Positions 19,817 to 29,624 of a stretch of DNA of 64,000 nucleotides are shown here, one piece after another (the first letter of the stretch is position 1; every line of letters begins with the position of its first letter). The position numbers were made by a program, and so were the translations under genes. The DNA lies in NCBI GenBank assembly GCA_030619885.1, contig JAUXAN010000001.1, positions 75,474-139,473 of the forward strand. The letters run 5' to 3'. The notes under the pieces are model-generated. The model worked only from the letters and a program-made list of their open reading frames with translations, did not search any database and was not told the DNA's origin. Source of the stretch: a bacterium (GTDB taxonomy: Bacteria > Hydrothermota > DG-26 > JAUXAN01).

Positions 19817-20936
19817 ACTTGAGAATTTGAAATTTACACCAACCCTTTTGCCAAAGTTAAAAGAGTTTAATATAGATGATTTTACAAGTGGCAAACTGGC
19901 AAAAGCTGCTGTCTTAAGCTACAAAGATAATCATTTTGGTATAAGTCAATGGGTCTCACCTAAAAGAACTCGTAGTTATCCGTATGGAAGAGTTTACGAC
20001 ACGATGAGCCAACAAATTAGGGTTACGATAATCCCGTTTATCAAAGATGAAGGATTTGATGGAGATAGAGATTTTATACAATGGGATACTGTTTCCTTAA
20101 TGAGTTTGCTTAATGTGTATGTGCTACTTGGTTATTATAGGGGGGCTGAGAAAAATCCAAAATATGAGAATAAAATTACGAATCAGGTTTTAGATTATCA
20201 ATATCTAAAAGAACAATTAGATAGGCTCATCAATTACAAGTCAAGTGCATTACATTGGAATTTATTGCAGTTAGATAATTCTTCAGAAGTAGCTCAAAAG
20301 TGTAAAAAGAGGTATCGAGCTATCTCCAAGCGTTTAGGGGTAAAAATGCACAGTAGTGAAGGAGTTGATGAAAGGATTAAAATATTAAAAAAGGGGGTAA
20401 AAGAATTTAAAGACCTATCCCGTGGTTTAGCAACAAAGGCTCAAAACAGGGAATTTCAAACTACTCAACCCAAAGAAAAGGTAATAGGAAAAAAGGCGAA
20501 AATAATAATTCAAAACTATCTTGGTGGATTATATTATCTCACTGTAGATGAAATAAAAATTAAAAATGATAAGCTGTTCTTGATTGAGAAGAAGCATAGT
20601 AAAGATTCTTTATTTCCGAGTATTGCTGACATAAAAGATGGGATTGTAAGAATGATGTTATTTGTTAATTTAGCAGAGACTAAAATTGCGAATAGGTCAG
20701 TCAACCATTTCTCAGTACTCGGGCTAACATCAGCAAAGTTCAAAGGATTTTGTCATAATATTATGTCCGAGCAAAAAATAAAGAATTGTTTATCCAAAAA
20801 TAGTTTTTCGCCACGACAACAAAAGACTATATTATCTGTTTTTAATGAGGGCAAGTTAAATGACTTTCTGGTCTTCCTTATGGACAGTGACAACCCAAAT
20901 TATCAGAATAAGATATTGAACTCTGTTTTGAAGTAA
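19800..20936 (+). CDS. putative Type II restriction endonuclease partnered with the methyltransferase
   Basis: TTG start overlaps the methyltransferase stop by 17 nt, suggesting translational coupling. No known family recognised. Possible PD-(D/E)xK-like motif (TVD...LFLIEKK). Confidence 0.5.
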   Translation: MEIIAKLENLKFTPTLLPKLKEFNIDDFTSGKLAKAAVLSYKDNHFGISQWVSPKRTRSYPYGRVYDTMSQQIRVTIIPFIKDEGFDGDRDFIQWDTVSLMSLLNVYVLLGYYRGAEKNPKYENKITNQVLDYQYLKEQLDRLINYKSSALHWNLLQLDNSSEVAQKCKKRYRAISKRLGVKMHSSEGVDERIKILKKGVKEFKDLSRGLATKAQNREFQTTQPKEKVIGKKAKIIIQNYLGGLYYLTVDEIKIKNDKLFLIEKKHSKDSLFPSIADIKDGIVRMMLFVNLAETKIANRSVNHFSVLGLTSAKFKGFCHNIMSEQKIKNCLSKNSFSPRQQKTILSVFNEGKLNDFLVFLMDSDNPNYQNKILNSVLK

Positions 20937-21286
20937 CAAGTGATAAGATGTTTTTGCCTTGAAAAGTTGAATACTATTTTGGTTGGCTGATGGGACGGGT
21001 CTCGGAAGTTATTGTATATCAGTGACTTCAGAAATTTTGACCCCTTTCTCCTGTGCTTTATTCTGTGGACTCTGCGGTTAAATTTTTATTGACAAAAATT
21101 TTGCTGTATATATTATGAACTTTGTGAAAGTTAAGCGAACAAGTTTATTTATCCTCTTTATATTTATTGTTCTGTTGGTCTTTGGTATCTTGAGGGGAGA
21201 GTTTAGAGATGTTCTACTTAATGCGATTGTCTTATGTCTTGACTGTATCGGGATCGGATAATGAGAACTGTGATTCAAATAGTAGA

Positions 21287-21412
21287 CACAGATTTACACT
21301 GATGAACCCCACATCAAATTATAGTGCGGGGTGAACACAGATTATAAAAAAATATTCAATCAGTGAACATCTGTGTTAATCTGCGTCTAAAAATACTAAG
21401 TGTCTATCTGTG
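21287..21412 (+). promoter_or_regulatory. cluster of five AATCTG(T/C)G / CACAGATT motif copies in both orientations upstream of the NapH-like gene
   Basis: cacagatt at 21287 and 21336. atctgtgttaatctgcgtc at 21369-21388. atctgtga at 21405. A possible ECF-type GAAC-N15-CGTC promoter also lies here. Confidence 0.4.
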
Positions 21413-21433
21413 ATAATCAGTGTCTGAATTGCA

Positions 21434-22225
21434 ATGATGAGAAGGAGAATATTTCAAATACTTGGAACTATAATTCCTAACTCTTACTTCGGTGCCTTTA
21501 CTGGAAAACTCATCTATCAGGGAAATTTGAAAAGCTTCTGTGTGCCTTCTCTCAACTGTTATGCCTGCCCTCTGGCACTTTTTTCCTGTCCAATTGGCAC
21601 TTTGCAGCATTTCATAATAATAAGGCAGATTCCTTTCTATACGATTGGCATTTTGGGGGTTACAGGTGCTGTAGTAGGGAGAATGGTGTGCGGATGGATA
21701 TGTCCTTTTGGATTTCTGCAGGATATTCTCTATCGCATACGCTCTTTCAAGATTAAAATCCCATCAAAACTCTCCTATCTGAAATATGTCTCTTTGATTT
21801 TCGTAGTCGGAGTAATTGTATTTTTCACCCAAGAATCGTGGTTTTGCAAGTTATGTCCACAGGGGGCACTCCAGGCGGGTATCCCTCTGGTTATAGCAAG
21901 TGAAGAGATTAGGAACCTCATAGGTGGATTTTTTGTTTTGAAACTCTCCATATTGGCTGGGTTTTTATTCCTCTTCGTCATTTCAAAGCGACCTTTTTGC
22001 AGACTATTCTGTCCTTTAGGTGCCATCTACTCCCTGTTCAACCGTATCAGTTTAGTTAGATTGAAATTCGATGAGAACTTATGTACCAGGTGTAATGAAT
22101 GTGTTACAAGTTGTCCTGCTGACATAGTTCCGTATACCTCGCTCAACTCATCTGACTGTATAATGTGCTGGGGATGTATGCGGATATGCCCTGAAAAGGC
22201 AATCAGCTCCGAATTTGAATTCTAA
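21434..22225 (+). CDS. NapH/MauN-like membrane polyferredoxin (4Fe-4S binding)
   Basis: TM helices with CxxCP and G..CGWICP.G motifs, plus C-terminal CTRCNECVTSCP / CIMCWGCMRICP ferredoxin motifs. Confidence 0.75.
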   Translation: MMRRRIFQILGTIIPNSYFGAFTGKLIYQGNLKSFCVPSLNCYACPLALFSCPIGTLQHFIIIRQIPFYTIGILGVTGAVVGRMVCGWICPFGFLQDILYRIRSFKIKIPSKLSYLKYVSLIFVVGVIVFFTQESWFCKLCPQGALQAGIPLVIASEEIRNLIGGFFVLKLSILAGFLFLFVISKRPFCRLFCPLGAIYSLFNRISLVRLKFDENLCTRCNECVTSCPADIVPYTSLNSSDCIMCWGCMRICPEKAISSEFEF

Positions 22226-22240
22226 AATTCTATAGGAAAA

Positions 22241-22275
22241 ATCTGCGTTAATCTGTGGTTGCTTTTCTCTTGACT
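22241..22275 (+). promoter_or_regulatory. ATCTGCGT-t-AATCTGTGG direct repeat, 11-bp spacer, TTGACT-17-TAAAGT promoter of ugd
   Basis: Sequence is atctgcgttaatctgtggttgcttttctcttgact. Confidence 0.45.
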
Positions 22276-22335
22276 AATGAACTTCTATTTTGTAAAGTTT
22301 TGAAGCATTTTTTAGAAATCATTTAGGGAGGTTAT

Positions 22336-23619
22336 ATGAAGATAGGCGTTATTGGAACAGGTTATGTTGGACTTACCACAGGCATCTGCCTTGCAGAACT
22401 CGGGAATAAAGTCTGTTGTGTGGATAAGAAAAAGAGAAAGATTGAAGACTTGAAGAAGGGGAAAATACCGATATACGAACCCGGCTTAAAGGAGTTATTA
22501 GATAAGAACAAAAGCCGAGTCTCATTCACCACTGATACGAAAAAGTGCGTAGAGAGTGCAGAGGTGATATATATTGCAGTGGGCACACCAGCAAAACCAA
22601 CAGGGGAAGCCGATATTACACAGATAGAGGAGGTATCGAGGGATATCGCCGGGGTACTCAACGACTACAAGGTGATAGTTGAAAAATCAACCGTGCCTGT
22701 CAAGACTGGTGAGTGGGTAAAACGCACCATAAAGTTGAATGTACCACAAGAGGTGGATTTTGATGTAGTTTCAAACCCAGAATTTTTAAGGGAGGGTTCG
22801 GCAATTGATGATTTTCTTCATCCTGACCGTATTTTATTGGGGGTCGAATCAAAGAGGGCAAAGAATATTATGATGGAACTTTACAAACCTCTCAATGCTC
22901 CCTTTGTTATAACCGATATAAAGAGCGCGGAGATTATCAAACACGCTGCAAACTCATTCCTGGCATTGAAAATCTCTTATATCAACGCCATAGCAAATAT
23001 CTGTGAACTGGTCAATGCCGATGTGATCTCCGTTGCAGAGGGTATGGGTTATGATAAACGTATAGGTAGACAATTTTTAGATGCGGGGATTGGATACGGA
23101 GGTTCCTGCTTTCCCAAGGATGTCTCCGCTTTCATCAAGATCACTGAGGAGTTTGGATATGATTTTGAACTGTTAAAGATAGTCGAAAAGATAAATAGAG
23201 AGCAGAGAAAGAATTTTATACTAAAGATTAAAAAGAGTCTTTGGATACTGAAGAATAAAACTATATGCGTTCTGGGACTCTCATTTAAGCCCAATACGGA
23301 TGATATACGAGAGGCACCATCCATAGATATAATAGAAGCTCTATTAAAAGAGGGAGCAAAGATCAAGGCATACGACCCAGCAGCAGTTGCAAGGACAAGG
23401 GAGATATTTAAGGAGATTGATTATAAAGACAATCCTTACGATGCCGCATCCGAGTCCGATGCACTTTTAATCCTCACAGAATGGGACGAGTTTAAAAATC
23501 TCGACCTCAAGAAGATAAAGGAAGTAATGCATCAACCCATCATTGTTGACGGGAGAAATATATTCGATCCGAAGAAGATGGCGGAGATGGGGTTCACTTA
23601 CGCGAGTATCGGGCGGTAA
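22336..23619 (+). CDS. ugd: UDP-glucose 6-dehydrogenase
   Basis: GTGYVGL Rossmann motif and the catalytic GGSCFPKD motif. 427 aa. Confidence 0.92.
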   Translation: MKIGVIGTGYVGLTTGICLAELGNKVCCVDKKKRKIEDLKKGKIPIYEPGLKELLDKNKSRVSFTTDTKKCVESAEVIYIAVGTPAKPTGEADITQIEEVSRDIAGVLNDYKVIVEKSTVPVKTGEWVKRTIKLNVPQEVDFDVVSNPEFLREGSAIDDFLHPDRILLGVESKRAKNIMMELYKPLNAPFVITDIKSAEIIKHAANSFLALKISYINAIANICELVNADVISVAEGMGYDKRIGRQFLDAGIGYGGSCFPKDVSAFIKITEEFGYDFELLKIVEKINREQRKNFILKIKKSLWILKNKTICVLGLSFKPNTDDIREAPSIDIIEALLKEGAKIKAYDPAAVARTREIFKEIDYKDNPYDAASESDALLILTEWDEFKNLDLKKIKEVMHQPIIVDGRNIFDPKKMAEMGFTYASIGR

Positions 23620-23621
23620 TT

Positions 23622-24551
23622 ATGGAGAGGGCACTGATAACAGGTGGAGCAGGGTTCATAGGGTCTCATCTATGCGACTTCCTCCTCGGAGAAGGATACG
23701 AGGTTATATGTCTCGATAACCTTATAACGGGCAGCACGGATAATATAGCCCACCTATTGGGGAAAAAGCATTTTACATTCATACATTACGATGTGACGAA
23801 ATATATCTTCATACAGGGACCCCTCGACTATATCCTCCATTTTGCCTCTCCAGCCAGCCCGATAGACTATCTCCATTATCCGATACAGACATTAAAGGTA
23901 GGCTCTCTCGGCACACACAACGCTCTGGGTCTTGCCAAGAATAAAAATGCACGATTTCTCTTGGCTTCTACCTCTGAGATATATGGTGACCCAAAAGTGA
24001 ATCCCCAAAGAGAAGACTATTGGGGAAATGTGAACCCGATTGGACCAAGGGGCGTATACGATGAGGCGAAGAGATTTGCCGAGGCGATGACGATGGCTTA
24101 TCAGAGATATCACAAGTTGGATACAAGGATAGCAAGAATATTTAATACATACGGACCGCGGATGAGAAAGAAGGATGGGAGGGCAATTCCTGCATTCGTA
24201 GACCAGGCATTGAGCGGAGAAGACCTGACAGTATTTGGAGATGGTAGTCAGACGAGGAGTTTCTGTTACATATCGGATATGATAAAAGGCATCTACAAAC
24301 TGATGGTTTCAAAAATCTCTACACCTGTGAATCTTGGAAATCCAGATGAGATCTCTATCAAAGAACTTGCAGAACTTGTCCTGAAATTGACGAAGACCAA
24401 GATTAAAATAATTACCTCTCCACTTCCAACCGATGACCCAAAGGTGAGGAGACCCGACATAAAATTAGCCAAAGAAAAATTAAAGTGGGAACCAGAGCTG
24501 ACTCTACATGATGGTCTGAAATTGACAATAGACTGGTTCTCAAAGAAATGA
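23622..24551 (+). CDS. uxs: UDP-glucuronate decarboxylase (UDP-xylose synthase)
   Basis: SDR fold with GGAGFIGSH and the YDEAK catalytic motif. ~310 aa and sits immediately after ugd. Confidence 0.85.
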   Translation: MERALITGGAGFIGSHLCDFLLGEGYEVICLDNLITGSTDNIAHLLGKKHFTFIHYDVTKYIFIQGPLDYILHFASPASPIDYLHYPIQTLKVGSLGTHNALGLAKNKNARFLLASTSEIYGDPKVNPQREDYWGNVNPIGPRGVYDEAKRFAEAMTMAYQRYHKLDTRIARIFNTYGPRMRKKDGRAIPAFVDQALSGEDLTVFGDGSQTRSFCYISDMIKGIYKLMVSKISTPVNLGNPDEISIKELAELVLKLTKTKIKIITSPLPTDDPKVRRPDIKLAKEKLKWEPELTLHDGLKLTIDWFSKK

Positions 24552-25675
24552 GGAAAATTCTATTTTTTGACCATACATCTATCCTTAGTGGGGGCGAGAG
24601 GAGTCTTTTAGATATTCTAATACATCTCGACCAGCACAGATTCAAGTCTATCCTCGTAATTCCGCAGAAGGGACCACTTTATGCAAAGGCAAGGAAAGTC
24701 GGTGCAGAGGTCATAATCTTACCCATCTGTGAACGGCTTTTAAAGAAGAGAAGAGAAGAGGTGAGCTTTTTCAGTATCTTTGATATGATTGAATTTTTAA
24801 AGGCATCATTTCGGTTAAAATGTATAGTGAAAACTGAACACCCTCATGTAATTCACACAAATTCACAGAAGGCACATCTTCTGAGTATCATCCCATCGCT
24901 TATTACGAACACCCCCCTGGTGTGGCAATTCAGGGATATACTGGAACAGCGTTTCTTAAAAAAAGTCGTATGTGGTGCAGGTATTATCTTCACACGTCGG
25001 ATAATAGCCATATCCGATGCGGTAAAAAACCAATTTAAAATGTTTAACTCTGTGCCTGATAAGGTAGTGCGAATCTACAACGGGGTAGAATTACCAAGGA
25101 GTGGTTTCAACCGATGTAGAAAAAGAAATATTCATATAGGTCAGATCGGACAGATTGCAAGGTGGAAGGGGCAGAAATATTTCATAGAGGCTGCAAGATT
25201 GTTGAAGAAAAACGAAGATTTACTCTTTTACATCATTGGCGATGTGTTATTCTGGGATGAGGAGTATAAAAATGAACTTTTGAATTCAGTAAAAAAGTAT
25301 AATTTAGAAAAGAGGGTAATTTTTACAGGACAGATGGATGATATAGGAAAGCTAATAGAGAAATTGGATATAGTTGTCCACCCCTCTGTGGAGCCAGAGC
25401 CATTCGGTATGGTTTTGATAGAAGCGATGAGCAGGGGGAAGCCTGTCGTAGTGAGTCGTATAGGCGCGGTCCCTGAAATCGTTACTGACGGTAAGACAGG
25501 CTTACTCGTCCCTCCAGGAAATAGTGTAGCGATAAAAGAGGCGATTGAAAACTTGATAAGAGATAAAAGGTTATACAGGTATTTGAGCAGAAATGGACCA
25601 AAGGTAGTAGCCGAAAGATTTCAGATAAGCGAAACAGTAAAGAAAATCGAACATCTATACGCCGATATACTCTAA
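24548..25675 (+). CDS. glycosyltransferase family 4
   Basis: GT-B C-terminal motif [22 protein letters not shown]. Confidence 0.8.
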   Translation: MRKILFFDHTSILSGGERSLLDILIHLDQHRFKSILVIPQKGPLYAKARKVGAEVIILPICERLLKKRREEVSFFSIFDMIEFLKASFRLKCIVKTEHPHVIHTNSQKAHLLSIIPSLITNTPLVWQFRDILEQRFLKKVVCGAGIIFTRRIIAISDAVKNQFKMFNSVPDKVVRIYNGVELPRSGFNRCRKRNIHIGQIGQIARWKGQKYFIEAARLLKKNEDLLFYIIGDVLFWDEEYKNELLNSVKKYNLEKRVIFTGQMDDIGKLIEKLDIVVHPSVEPEPFGMVLIEAMSRGKPVVVSRIGAVPEIVTDGKTGLLVPPGNSVAIKEAIENLIRDKRLYRYLSRNGPKVVAERFQISETVKKIEHLYADIL

Positions 25676-25882
25676 GAAATATTCTTTTCTTCGCTCTTCT
25701 GTATATTCGGTCTTCCATCCTTACTTCTTTTCGCGCAGTATTTCGGGTCGTGATGCCCTCCCATGCGGGTCGTATGACCCATTTCAAGACCTTTTCAAAC
25801 AAAAGTTTGGTAACGATGTAAAAATACTATATTTTCTACAAAAAGAGTCCCCTTGGTTGACATTACCGTCTACAATTCCTAC

Positions 25883-25910
25883 TTGACAAATATTTTTTAT
25901 TTTGTATTAT
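25883..25910 (+). promoter_or_regulatory. sigma-70-type promoter of the PhaR-like gene
   Basis: TTGACA, a 16-bp spacer, then TATTAT. An AAGAGG RBS and the TTG start at 25937 lie downstream. Confidence 0.5.
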
Positions 25911-25936
25911 TTTTGCAATGCAAAAAAAGAGGGATT

Positions 25937-26383
25937 TTGTTAAGAGTAATCAAAAAGTATTCAAATAGAAGATTGAATGATACGATTGCAAGGAAGATGG
26001 TGAACCTTTCAGATGTAGCTTCTTTGATAAAAAAGGGGAAAAGTTTTAAAGTGGTTGAAGATAAGACAGGAAGAGACCTAACAGATGTGACACTCGTGCA
26101 GATAGTACTCGAGAAGATTAAAAAGAGCAAAAAACTCATCTGTTCGGATGTGTTTATGAAGGAATTGATAAAGACTGGAAGATTAACCGTAGGAAACTTT
26201 TTAAAAACTTCTTTGCAGTCCAGTATTGAAATGTTATCATCAGCAGAAAGAAGGACAAAGGGGATGGTCTGCAAAAGGGAAGACCTGGAAGAGATCAAAG
26301 ACAAGATAGAAGCGCTAAACCGAAAGATAGATATGCTCCTCGCCAGAGCAGTATATGAGATTGAGGATGGTCCAGTTTCTTAA
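25937..26383 (+). CDS. PhaR-like regulator (polyhydroxyalkanoate-synthesis repressor family, N-terminal DNA-binding domain)
   Basis: IKKYSNRRLNDT...LIKKGKSFKVVEDKTGRDLT..LVQIVLE matches the PhaR N-terminal motif. Start re-called to the TTG at 25937 on the basis of an upstream TTGACA-16-TATTAT promoter and an AAGAGG RBS. Confidence 0.6.
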   Translation: MLRVIKKYSNRRLNDTIARKMVNLSDVASLIKKGKSFKVVEDKTGRDLTDVTLVQIVLEKIKKSKKLICSDVFMKELIKTGRLTVGNFLKTSLQSSIEMLSSAERRTKGMVCKREDLEEIKDKIEALNRKIDMLLARAVYEIEDGPVS

Positions 26384-26625
26384 CAATATAAAATATAAAA
26401 CTGCGGAGAAATCATCGGAGAAGATTGTAGATCTATTTGTTAATGACTTCGAAGAAAATATTAAAAAGATAATCTCATTAATTCCTCACTAGGAGGTGCA
26501 ATCTCAGATGCAAAGGATGCTGGGCAGGAATGTACAAGGTTGCAGATGATATGCAAAGGGCGGCTCTAATATATATGACAGAGCATGGAAAAATGGCGAC
26601 TATGCGAAGATAACGATTTGAGCAA

Positions 26626-27549
26626 ATGATTATTGACAAAAGAGAAATAAAAAAAGTAAGGTTGATTCTAAATCCTATTGCAGGAACATCTAATAATCTA
26701 CGGCGACTTTTAAGACGGATTAAAACTGAACTCAATACAGCAGACCCAGATTTGCAGTTAAAAATTTCTTTGACTGGGGATAGCGGAGATGCTCTTCTAT
26801 TTGCTAAAGAAGCGGTGGAAAAAGGGTATGAAATGGTTATTACTGTAGGGGGCGATGGCACGATAAATGAAGTAGTAAATGGGCTCGTCGGCTCGAATAC
26901 AATTCTTGGGGCTATACCACTGGGAACAGCGAATGTCTTCGCAGAAGAATTGGGGATTCCAATCAATATAGAGGGAGCATGTAAATTACTGTTAACAGGA
27001 AGGATACATCGGGTCGATCTGGGAAAGATTGAAGATAGATATTTCTTATGGATAGCAGGAATTGGACTGGATGCCTATATTGCTGAACACCTTGCTCCGA
27101 TTGAGAAAGAAAACCTCGGTATCTTCGCCTATTTTTTCTTTGCACTGCGTCAGCTGAGAAAACTCAAATCCTATCAGGTGAAAATTAGAATAAATGGAAA
27201 AAGTGTTACAAGAGACGCATTGTGCATAATCGTTGGCAATGCTGCCTCATACAGCAGTCCATTAGAAATCTCTGCTTTGAGTAGTATTTCAGATGGTTAT
27301 CTGGACATCTTATTATTTAAGAGACTGACACTTTCTGGGATATTTCGGAGTATCTTCTGGTTTACCGTTGGGCGGCGAACATATTATCGGGATGTAAAAT
27401 ATTTTGATATAGAATACTTCAAGGTGAAAGACGCATTCATAGATACATATCCAAAAGCACTGGCGCACGCAGATGGTGAGGTAGTTGGGACTGTTCCTGT
27501 AGATGTAACCATTTCCCCAAAGTCCCTTTCAATAATATTGCCTGATTAG
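26626..27549 (+). CDS. lipid kinase (DAGK catalytic domain, YegS/BmrU family)
   Basis: VITVGGDGTINEVVNGL and GAIPLGTANVFA motifs. Confidence 0.8.
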   Translation: MIIDKREIKKVRLILNPIAGTSNNLRRLLRRIKTELNTADPDLQLKISLTGDSGDALLFAKEAVEKGYEMVITVGGDGTINEVVNGLVGSNTILGAIPLGTANVFAEELGIPINIEGACKLLLTGRIHRVDLGKIEDRYFLWIAGIGLDAYIAEHLAPIEKENLGIFAYFFFALRQLRKLKSYQVKIRINGKSVTRDALCIIVGNAASYSSPLEISALSSISDGYLDILLFKRLTLSGIFRSIFWFTVGRRTYYRDVKYFDIEYFKVKDAFIDTYPKALAHADGEVVGTVPVDVTISPKSLSIILPD

Positions 27550-27938
27550 TCCCCATCTCTATCTCCCTTTTTTGAAATGGTTTTTGCAAAAATTCCCCCT
27601 CTTGGAGACCATTCGATCTCAAGGATAAGCCACTCTGGTTCGCAGGTTTTATAAAGTTTATCTGCTATCTCCTCAGTAACATATTCCTGCCAATTCCTTT
27701 TGTTTCTCCAGGCTCTAAGATAATCTCTGACAGATTTGCTTTCCAATATTTTATCTTTTGGTTTATATTTTATTCTGACAATCCCCTGGTCATGTCTTTC
27801 TGAAACTGGGCACATGCATTGAAATTCAGGATATTCCCATTCTACTGCAGGTTTATGGCCTTTTGTAGGGAATGTGGTCAATTCGCAATCTTCAACGATT
27901 TCAGTTTTAGCTGATGATGCTTTAGAATAGTCTGTCAT
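27546..27938 (-). CDS. queF: NADPH-dependent 7-cyano-7-deazaguanine reductase
   Basis: Unimodular QueF of ~130 aa. Cys-containing QCMCPVS motif and the E(S)KS.R.YL QueF motif. Confidence 0.85.
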   Translation of the reverse strand: MTDYSKASSAKTEIVEDCELTTFPTKGHKPAVEWEYPEFQCMCPVSERHDQGIVRIKYKPKDKILESKSVRDYLRAWRNKRNWQEYVTEEIADKLYKTCEPEWLILEIEWSPRGGIFAKTISKKGDRDGD

Positions 27939-29624
27939 TTAATCCGTATTTTTGATTTCTATAAAACCTTGCAGAAGTTTTGCCCTCACAGGATGCCTCA
28001 ATTTCTTCAACGCCTTTGCCTCAATCTGCCTCACCCTCTCCCTTGTAACATTGAAATAGGTTCCCACTTCTTCGAGGGTTCTCGGACACCCATCTACTAA
28101 TCCATATCTCAAATTTATTATCTTCGCTTCTCTTTTTGTTAAAGTATCGAGGGCTTTATTCAACCTTTCAAATAAGAGCATTCTATCTGCAGATTCAGTG
28201 GGTGTCTTTACTTTATTATCCTGTATGAAATCACCTATGTGACTGTCGTCATCATCCCCAACAGGTTTGTCCAGAGAGAGGGTATCCTGAGCTATACGGA
28301 AGACATTTTTCACATGCTCAACGGGAACAGAGAGATCATTCGCAATCTCTTCAGTGGTAGGACTTCTCCCGTACTTGTGTGTCAGTTTTCTCGAAGTTCT
28401 GGCAATCTTATTTATTGCCTCTATCATATGGATTGGGACACGGATAGTTCTCGACTGATCTGCAATCGCCCTGGTAATAGACTGACGAATCCACCAGGTA
28501 GCATAGGTGCTGAATTTATACCCTTTCTTATAATCGAATCTCTCTACCGCTTTCATAAGCCCACTGTTTCCTTCCTGTACCAGATCTAAAAACTCCAGTC
28601 CCCTCGTCATATATTTCTTTGCAATACTTATCACCAATCTCGCATTGGCTTTTACCATCTCCTGTCTTATCTCCTCTATCTTCTTCTCCAATCCTTGTAA
28701 CTCTGCAAGTTTCTCTTCCGCCTCACTGAAGGGAAACCCGAGTTTCCGTTCGATAGATTTTATATTACCGTTTGCAATCCTCATCTCTTTAATCAATGAC
28801 ATAATCTTTTTCCACTTCATCAAAAATTTTTTTTCGTAAGACCTTATGTCCTTTTTCTTTCTGGAAAGGTTCAGAAATTCCTGTGGAGTCAGGTTAAATC
28901 TTTCTGCACAGTCTCTGATAAGATGAGCGTTCTTTTCAATTTCTGCCACATACTTCTCAAGAGACCTTATCACCCTTTTGTGCTGCTTTAAATGAATCTT
29001 CAGTTTATACAACTTTGAGAAAGTGCGCTGTCGCAGATTTTTCACCTTTGTTTCGAGCCCTTTCTTTCTTTTCACTTTTGTTTTTTTTAGAGCCCTCTCG
29101 GCTTTCGAAAGTTCGCGGGCTTCCCTCTTCACTGTCTTTATGACCCGAACTATCTTGTGCCTCTCCCTCCAGCCTGTGTACCTTGGTCCCCATCTGCTCG
29201 TATCCACATGAACAAATTCGTCAACCTGCATAAAACATTTCTTCAGCATTCGCTCGATTGAAAGCAATTCTGCTGTAAGACCAGGAGAGGTGTATATCAT
29301 ATTCATTATTCTATCTTTCCCATTTTCAATTCTTTTCCCGAGTTCGAGTTCTTCCTCTCTCGATAGAAGGGAGACTTTGCCCATATCTCTCAGATAAAGT
29401 CTGACAGGGTCATCAAATTTTATTTCTGCGGAATGTTTATTTTTAGACACGGTTTTTTTCTCTTCTATCACCTTGACACCTGATTCCTTCATTTGAGCAA
29501 GGATTTTATCCATCTCTTCAGAAGAGAGTGTATGTTTGGGAAGAAAATCATTTATTTCTGTGTATGTGATCTCTCCCCTGGATTTTGCAAAGTTTATTAG
29601 TTTCTGGTAAGCCTCTTCTTCCAT
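27939..29624 (-). CDS. rpoD: RNA polymerase sigma factor RpoD
   Basis: Region 2 [18 protein letters not shown]...YATWWIRQ, and regions 3 and 4. 561 aa, immediately downstream of dnaG. Confidence 0.95.
   Translation of the reverse strand: MEEEAYQKLINFAKSRGEITYTEINDFLPKHTLSSEEMDKILAQMKESGVKVIEEKKTVSKNKHSAEIKFDDPVRLYLRDMGKVSLLSREEELELGKRIENGKDRIMNMIYTSPGLTAELLSIERMLKKCFMQVDEFVHVDTSRWGPRYTGWRERHKIVRVIKTVKREARELSKAERALKKTKVKRKKGLETKVKNLRQRTFSKLYKLKIHLKQHKRVIRSLEKYVAEIEKNAHLIRDCAERFNLTPQEFLNLSRKKKDIRSYEKKFLMKWKKIMSLIKEMRIANGNIKSIERKLGFPFSEAEEKLAELQGLEKKIEEIRQEMVKANARLVISIAKKYMTRGLEFLDLVQEGNSGLMKAVERFDYKKGYKFSTYATWWIRQSITRAIADQSRTIRVPIHMIEAINKIARTSRKLTHKYGRSPTTEEIANDLSVPVEHVKNVFRIAQDTLSLDKPVGDDDDSHIGDFIQDNKVKTPTESADRMLLFERLNKALDTLTKREAKIINLRYGLVDGCPRTLEEVGTYFNVTRERVRQIEAKALKKLRHPVRAKLLQGFIEIKNTD

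Noticed and set aside
21078-21278. 66-aa minus-strand ORF and a 49-codon plus-strand hydrophobic ORF (from about 21114) in the gap between the endonuclease and the NapH-like gene
   Set aside because: The predicted -10 overlaps the ATG of the plus-strand ORF so it could not be translated, neither has an RBS, and the region is full of AATCTG regulatory repeats. Treated as non-coding.
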